DNA from: a virus
Taxonomy: Duplodnaviria > Caudoviricetes
Virus record (IMG/VR): IMGVR_UViG_3300035208_003134
Coordinates: 1-64,000 of that record
Length of the DNA: 64,000 nt
Direction: 5' to 3' (one strand)
Shown: in pieces, positions 58,956-64,000 of the stretch
Position numbering within the stretch: position 1 is the first letter of the stretch
Layout of the letters: each line of letters starts with the position of its first letter
Program-made: the position numbers and the translations under genes
Notes under the pieces: model-generated
The model's database searches: none
What the model saw: the letters and a program-made list of their open reading frames with translations, nothing else
Told to the model about the DNA's origin: nothing

Positions 58956-60726
58956 GAAGGATAAATAGAGGTAAATATGAAGCATAATTGGTTTAATGAT
59001 ATAAGGCATTTTTTATTTGGTCATCAAGTCCTGTGGGGTCATTGGGTGAAGATAACCAGTAATGACGGGTGTTCTGACCACGCAGAGTGCATTTATTGTG
59101 GTTATAAAGGTATGATAGATAGCCAGGGAAACCTGTTTTAGAGGAGGGCTCACAATGGGTAGGAGATACAGTTACTTCTGCGACAACTGCAAGACAGATT
59201 TTAAGAACGAAGTGCACATCAACATCAAGAACGGCAGGCTATGTATCTCCTACCCGAACAAAATTGATGAGCAAGACCCCTCAAAGAGCGAGTGGAGCTC
59301 AAGGGACTTGGGCTGTGATGGGGAAGAGAAGCACTTCTGCAGTGGTAAGTGCCTTGGCGAGTGGATTGATAAGAAGGTAGCCAAGCATATAGAGAAGTTA
59401 CACTCCCTGCATTTGATAAAAAAGGAGGTTGAAAGTTAAATGCCCGAAACTGAAGTACTGTGCGACCAAACTGATTGCAAGTTCAATGAAAACGGTCAAT
59501 GCGTAAACGACCAAATAGAGCTTGATTACACGGGGACTTGCCGTAGCTATGAGCCAAGATAATAAAAAAGATAGGACATTTTGCGTCTGCGTAAACGAGG
59601 ATGATGCCCACATCCCAGACTCCATACTCGTGCACTGCATTCGGTGCAAAAGGAAAGTTTGGCAGTCTTTGCATAATGTAGATAAAGAGCCCATTTGCCA
59701 ACCTTGTGCTTTAGAGTTTGCTCAAGAGCAGGTACTCAAAGGTGAGCAGGTGAGCTTTGGCATTACGCCGGAAGACGCGCGCCGGTCGCTCATTGAGATA
59801 GAAAAGATAGAGAAGAAGAGGAAGGAAATCTTTGATTATGTCTTAAAGCATAAGCCAGCTTGGAGAACAAGGCAACTGCACCTGAAGTCTATAATTGATA
59901 TGGCAGACAGGGACGGCAATGGAATGAAGAGGGTGCAGGTTAGCAATGGCAAGACTTATTTAGTCCCAATAGAAGACATCATTTGTTATGGACTGAAGGA
60001 AGAGGAAGTGCCGACTAAATATAAGGAGATGACAGTATGAAAATAGGGTTGCCTAAATATAAGAAAGTACCGTGGGCAAAATTGAATAAAGAATACCACA
60101 GGACTATCTTCTTGTGTATTACGACTTATTGGCTTGCCTTTTGTACTTGGGCGGCCAAAGGCAGAATTCATTGGGTTGATGTTCTCTTAGGCTTTCTTTG
60201 TGGGCTCTATGTAGGTACTCTAATGATGCAGTACTTGATAGAGAAGCATTTAAACAGCGAGAAAATGCAACAGAGTATCAAGGAAATGACAACGAAAGCT
60301 TTCAATGAGGCTTTAGCAGTGCTTGAAGCCGAGAAAATCAAGCAAGGTGAAGAAGGAGAGGAGTGGAAAAAATGAGTAGCATAGCAGGGGTGAAGGACGA
60401 AATCAGGTTTGACGGTGAAACAAAGGTCGGCGGTTTCAGGTTTCAGAAGTACATCCAACAGAAGGTTGTGCACATTCATAATCCGGAAGACCAAAAGGTT
60501 GAGTATCCTATTGACGACTTTCTCAAGTCTTTGGATACCTTTATGCTTAGGCTGAAGGATATTTCCGAGGGTGAGACTATAAGGCTACGCGACCTATTTG
60601 TTACTATGCGCAAGGGGAAGATTGAGCTTGACCTTAAAGGATGCAAGGATACGGTAAACTTGGATGAGTTCCAAAAAGGGATGTCCAAGTTCAACAAACT
60701 CTTAGAAGACAGATAAGGAGTGCGGT

Positions 60727-60894
60727 ATGTGGAGTGTTGGTTGTGCAGTTTTGGTAGCGATTTACTTCCTTCCTACATTTATAGCAATGGGCGTTCATAA
60801 TGTGAATGCTTTGGCTATATTCCTGACTAACCTGTTTTTGGGTTGGACATTTGTAGGTTGGGTGATATCTTTAATTTGGGCGGTTATGAAATAA
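60727..60894 (+). CDS. imm: T4 Imm-family superinfection immunity protein (below the ORF track cutoff)
   Basis: IYFLPTFIA..H..AIFLTNLFLGWTFVGWVISLIWA. Confidence 0.85.
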   Translation: MWSVGCAVLVAIYFLPTFIAMGVHNVNALAIFLTNLFLGWTFVGWVISLIWAVMK

Positions 60895-61425
60895 ATGTCA
60901 AGACACCTCGGTACGAGAAGAAGGTTTGAAGCTCCGGAGTTAACGCCGATGTCTTTGCTTACTGAAGAAATGATGAAAGAGCCCATTATGCCTAAGATAA
61001 TTGAAGAAGAAGTTACAGAGATACACTGCCACGAGTGCAACGGTTATATTAAATTTGTTTTAGATAAGACTAAGAATGGCAACCACGTTTTAAATTGCCC
61101 GAAGTGCGGCCACGAGCATTGCAGGGTGGTTAAGGATGGAGTAGTGACCGGCGATAGGTGGGAGTCAAGGAATAAGGTGAGTCCACCTCAACCTATATCA
61201 CCAAATCCTGTGACCGGTGTAGCACAGCAGATACAACAGCAACAACAGCAGTATAGTCAGCAATGGGGTACTTATGTTTATCAAATGAGTATGACTAATT
61301 ACTCAACTTATGGGATAGAGACTGCAGGGACTTGCGGTTGTAATGACCCGTTCATTAAGGATGCTTGGATGAACACAGACATCTCTACTTCAATATATAA
61401 TACGCCGATTTCGGCAATGCCATAA
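60895..61425 (+). CDS. zinc-ribbon protein with Gln-rich tail
   Basis: CHEC..CPKCGHEH. Confidence 0.55.
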   Translation: MSRHLGTRRRFEAPELTPMSLLTEEMMKEPIMPKIIEEEVTEIHCHECNGYIKFVLDKTKNGNHVLNCPKCGHEHCRVVKDGVVTGDRWESRNKVSPPQPISPNPVTGVAQQIQQQQQQYSQQWGTYVYQMSMTNYSTYGIETAGTCGCNDPFIKDAWMNTDISTSIYNTPISAMP

Positions 61426-61910
61426 TGGAAAAACACAAGCAATACGAAAAGTTTATGTTGGAGTCAAACACTATTGAGGGTGAGAAGCGCCTCAATCCAG
61501 GGGACATTGCGGCCGTAAGGTGTGCCCTTGCCCTACCTAAAATAGGAAAAGAAGAGCTGTGCCATTTGCACATCCTGCTCGGCGAGTACTTGAAGAAGGA
61601 TTGGGTGGGCAAGTTCCGGACTGTAAATGTCCACGTTGGCAGGTTCTGTCCCGTGGACTGTCGCCAGCTGGACTTGGCTATGGAAGCCTACTTTCAAGAA
61701 TTTCCCTTCCTTGACTCTTGGGAAGCACACAATAAATTTGAAGTCATCCATCCTTTCCAAGACCTGAACGGCAGGGTCGGCAGGTTGATTTGGTTAATGA
61801 AGGCTATAAAGGAAGGGTACAATTTCCGTCTTTCGTTCTTACGGGCTTATTATTATCAGACCTTATACAGGTATGAAATGGGCAAGGGCTTAGTTACTGA
61901 TAAGTTATAA
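61425..61910 (+). CDS. Fic-domain protein
   Basis: SNTIEG and HPFQDLNGRVGR motifs. Confidence 0.9.
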   Translation: MEKHKQYEKFMLESNTIEGEKRLNPGDIAAVRCALALPKIGKEELCHLHILLGEYLKKDWVGKFRTVNVHVGRFCPVDCRQLDLAMEAYFQEFPFLDSWEAHNKFEVIHPFQDLNGRVGRLIWLMKAIKEGYNFRLSFLRAYYYQTLYRYEMGKGLVTDKL

Positions 61911-62218
61911 CAGGAGGATTAATGGATAGCAAAACAGCCGTTGAGTTTATGGCGATAGTAGGGCAGACGCGAGATGAGCTTATCCGGAAGATACAGAAGG
62001 GAAGCGTTGATTACCGGAGCGGCTATGTGGATGCCTGCCTTGATATGTTCAATGGGATGAAGGCTAAAGCAGAGCCTCATCAAATTAAGGTAGGATGAAG
62101 AAGGCGGTTAAGATAAAGGAGGAGCACCTTTGCCTCACTTGCCAAGTAAAGTGTCCGGAAAATTTGGATGGGGACACGGTGGTGTACAGGTGCGACGACT
62201 ATAAGAAGGAGAAGAAGA

Positions 62219-62413
62219 ATGAAGGCAAATAGCATAGTTGATGTTGCGGAATTGGCAGGGGTTTCAACTTCTACGGTCTCAAGGTACTTCAACGACGGCA
62301 ATGTCGGTTTGGATTTAAAGAAGAAGATTGATAAGGTCGTGGAGAAGACCGGTTATCAGCCCAACATCAACGCTCGCGCGTTGGGAAGGTTGAATGGCAA
62401 AAGAAATTCATAG
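62219..62413 (+). CDS. LacI-type HTH-only regulator
   Basis: SIVDVAELAGVSTSTVSRYFN..GYQPNINARAL. Confidence 0.9.
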   Translation: MKANSIVDVAELAGVSTSTVSRYFNDGNVGLDLKKKIDKVVEKTGYQPNINARALGRLNGKRNS

Positions 62414-62663
62414 GGTAGTACAGGAACATTACGAAGGCGAATTCTCGTGGATTAAGGTTGAGATACAAGCCAGTGCGAAGGTAATCAGCCAAATTGGTAA
62501 AGCTATCCGCGAAATAATGAAAGAGGCAGAAGAAGATGTCACAATGCAAAAACGAAAATGATAATATGCAGTACAGCCAACCCTGCAAGAAAGGGCACAC
62601 CTTCTGTATGGAAGAGAAATGCCCTGACTTTGAGCCGGTAAGAGGCAAGAGAGAGGACGCTTA

Positions 62664-62984
62664 ATGTGTAAGTGGGGAACTAATACTATTGTTAAGCTAT
62701 GCAAGCCCAAGCCGGTTAGTGGCAGGACAGAGATAGGAGTTGACTCTTGCATTGCTCCTTTAGTTCAGGCACTCAACGATGCAGGTATTGCTACCAGAGC
62801 CTGCTGTTGTGGACACGGAAAAGGTCTTGGTGACATAATGCTTGAGGATGGTAGGGAGCTTATGATAGCCCAAGATTATGACACTGCTCGCAAAATAGAA
62901 AAGATGTTCTACGGGAGAAGGAAATGGCTGATAAACCTACTAATGAATTTGGTGCAAAAAGGGAAAACATTAACGACGCATTAG
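62664..62984 (+). CDS. conserved phage hypothetical
   Basis: VDSCIAPLVQALN..T..CCCGHG pattern. Confidence 0.6.
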   Translation: MCKWGTNTIVKLCKPKPVSGRTEIGVDSCIAPLVQALNDAGIATRACCCGHGKGLGDIMLEDGRELMIAQDYDTARKIEKMFYGRRKWLINLLMNLVQKGKTLTTH

Positions 62985-63093
62985 CCGTGGTTGATTGCAA
63001 GCGCATTCCACCCTGCTGCGACAAGCCGGACTGGAGAAATCAAATGGGAAGTCGCGAGTGTATATGCATAAACTGTAAAAAGAGGTGTGATAA

Positions 63094-64000
63094 GTGCACG
63101 ACGGGCAACCTTTAAGATATTTTAGCATTTTTGCCGGTATAGCCGGTTTTGAGAAAGGAATAGAAAATGCCCATAAGAGCTTTCAAGGGGGGCGAGGGCA
63201 AGGTGCACCTGCCGACGGATGTGTGCCAATGCTTAGAGAAGGGGGACAGTGGCGGTGGGGGAACGAGCAATCGCCCGTGTGTGTTGGATATTCCGAAATT
63301 GACAAGTTCGCAGAAGCAATCTACAAACACAACTACGAGGAAGGCAGAAACTATGGAGACGCAACTAAAATTAGAACCGGAGAACTCCCAGACTTTGACT
63401 TGTTGGTTGGAGGATTTCCTTGCCAAGCATTCTCTGTTGCTGGGAAACGTAGAGGGTTTGATGACACCAGAGGAACGCTCTTTTTTGAAATTGCAAGGAT
63501 TTGCCGAGACAAAAGACCCAGATATATTCTGCTTGAAAATGTTAAGGGTCTATTATCTCACGACAATGGCAAAACTTTCACGACGATACTTGGGGTTCTT
63601 ACCGCTCTTGGGTATGACCTGCAATGGCAGGTTCTTAACTCTAAAGATTTCGGAGTGCCCCAGAACAGGGAAAGAGTCTTCATTGTCGGATATCTTGCAG
63701 GAGAAGGTCGCCGACAAGTATTTCCTATCGGAGAGTGCACTGAAGGGGATAATGAAAGGTTTGGGAAAGCCAAGGTTGTTGGAAGTTTGACCGGCGGTGG
63801 GCACTCTGGCGGCCACCACTCAACAATGACGATACTCAAGGAGACCCAGAAGCTCTCGGACGCCAAACGCATTAGGGATGTGGACGGTTGCTCCGTTACA
63901 TTGAAAGGCTTAGGTGGAGGTCAGGGGGCAAAGACTGGGCTCTACGCCGTGCCGGACTTGCGCGCGCCAAATAGTAAGAAGATTGACTTAGCTCAGGCAC
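63094..64000 (+). CDS. DNA (cytosine-5) methyltransferase, 3'-truncated by the window edge (not in the ORF track)
   Basis: GTG after GAGGTG. FAGIAG, SEID, GGFPCQAFS, LENVKGL, PQNRERVF, followed by TRD-like segments; open to the end of the window. Confidence 0.9.
   Translation, partial: MHDGQPLRYFSIFAGIAGFEKGIENAHKSFQGGRGQGAPADGCVPMLREGGQWRWGNEQSPVCVGYSEIDKFAEAIYKHNYEEGRNYGDATKIRTGELPDFDLLVGGFPCQAFSVAGKRRGFDDTRGTLFFEIARICRDKRPRYILLENVKGLLSHDNGKTFTTILGVLTALGYDLQWQVLNSKDFGVPQNRERVFIVGYLAGEGRRQVFPIGECTEGDNERFGKAKVVGSLTGGGHSGGHHSTMTILKETQKLSDAKRIRDVDGCSVTLKGLGGGQGAKTGLYAVPDLRAPNSKKIDLAQA
63167..63790 (+). CDS. nested alternative-frame ORF (putative MTase beta polypeptide)
   Basis: Lies inside the MTase gene in a different frame; ends in SSLSDILQEKVADKYFLS. 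Confidence 0.5.
   Translation: MPIRAFKGGEGKVHLPTDVCQCLEKGDSGGGGTSNRPCVLDIPKLTSSQKQSTNTTTRKAETMETQLKLEPENSQTLTCWLEDFLAKHSLLLGNVEGLMTPEERSFLKLQGFAETKDPDIFCLKMLRVYYLTTMAKLSRRYLGFLPLLGMTCNGRFLTLKISECPRTGKESSLSDILQEKVADKYFLSESALKGIMKGLGKPRLLEV

Noticed and set aside
63167-63790. Treating this ORF as the main gene of the region
   Set aside because: The frame starting at 63094 holds the canonical C5-MTase motifs; this ORF is kept only as a possible nested partner.
1-64000. tRNA, rRNA, reverse transcriptase/DGR
   Set aside because: No cloverleaf or T-loop consensus, no RT motifs and no template/variable repeat pair seen by eye; a tRNAscan run would be needed to exclude tRNAs fully.

Overview
This window is 64 kb of a tailed dsDNA phage genome, probably a siphovirus with a T4/SPO1-like replication kit. 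No rRNA, tRNA or canonical CRISPR array was seen. Layout: (1) 0-18 kb, + strand: methyltransferase and two glycosyltransferase-like genes, then head-tail joining, tail tube, a -1 frameshifted chaperone, tape measure, tail tip and membrane genes; four of the tail proteins carry poly-Ser tracts with a shared SSSSSCRSSSS motif. (2) 18.8-27.1 kb, - strand: small genes, plus an 896-aa protein with a radical SAM domain bracketed by RASSP motifs whose scaffold I recognise from Ca. Omnitrophota giant proteins (from memory, needs checking). (3) 27.4-37 kb, + strand: accessory genes, including the top finding, a stand-alone 185-aa Cas7/RAMP-like gene surrounded by four non-coding arrays of 5-nt periodic (T/A)GY-NN units (31094-32312), a candidate RNA-guided system with a gapped dinucleotide code. 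(4) 37.4-55.7 kb: SSB, primase, helicases, UDG-PolA fusion, PurZ0-like synthetase, class II RNR, RecA/UvsX, IMPDH-like, dATP/dGTP diphosphohydrolase-like and a fused Mre11-Rad50. (5) 55.7-64 kb: small genes, ending in a C5 DNA methyltransferase with a nested alternative-frame ORF. All family assignments come from motif recognition by eye; no database searches were run.
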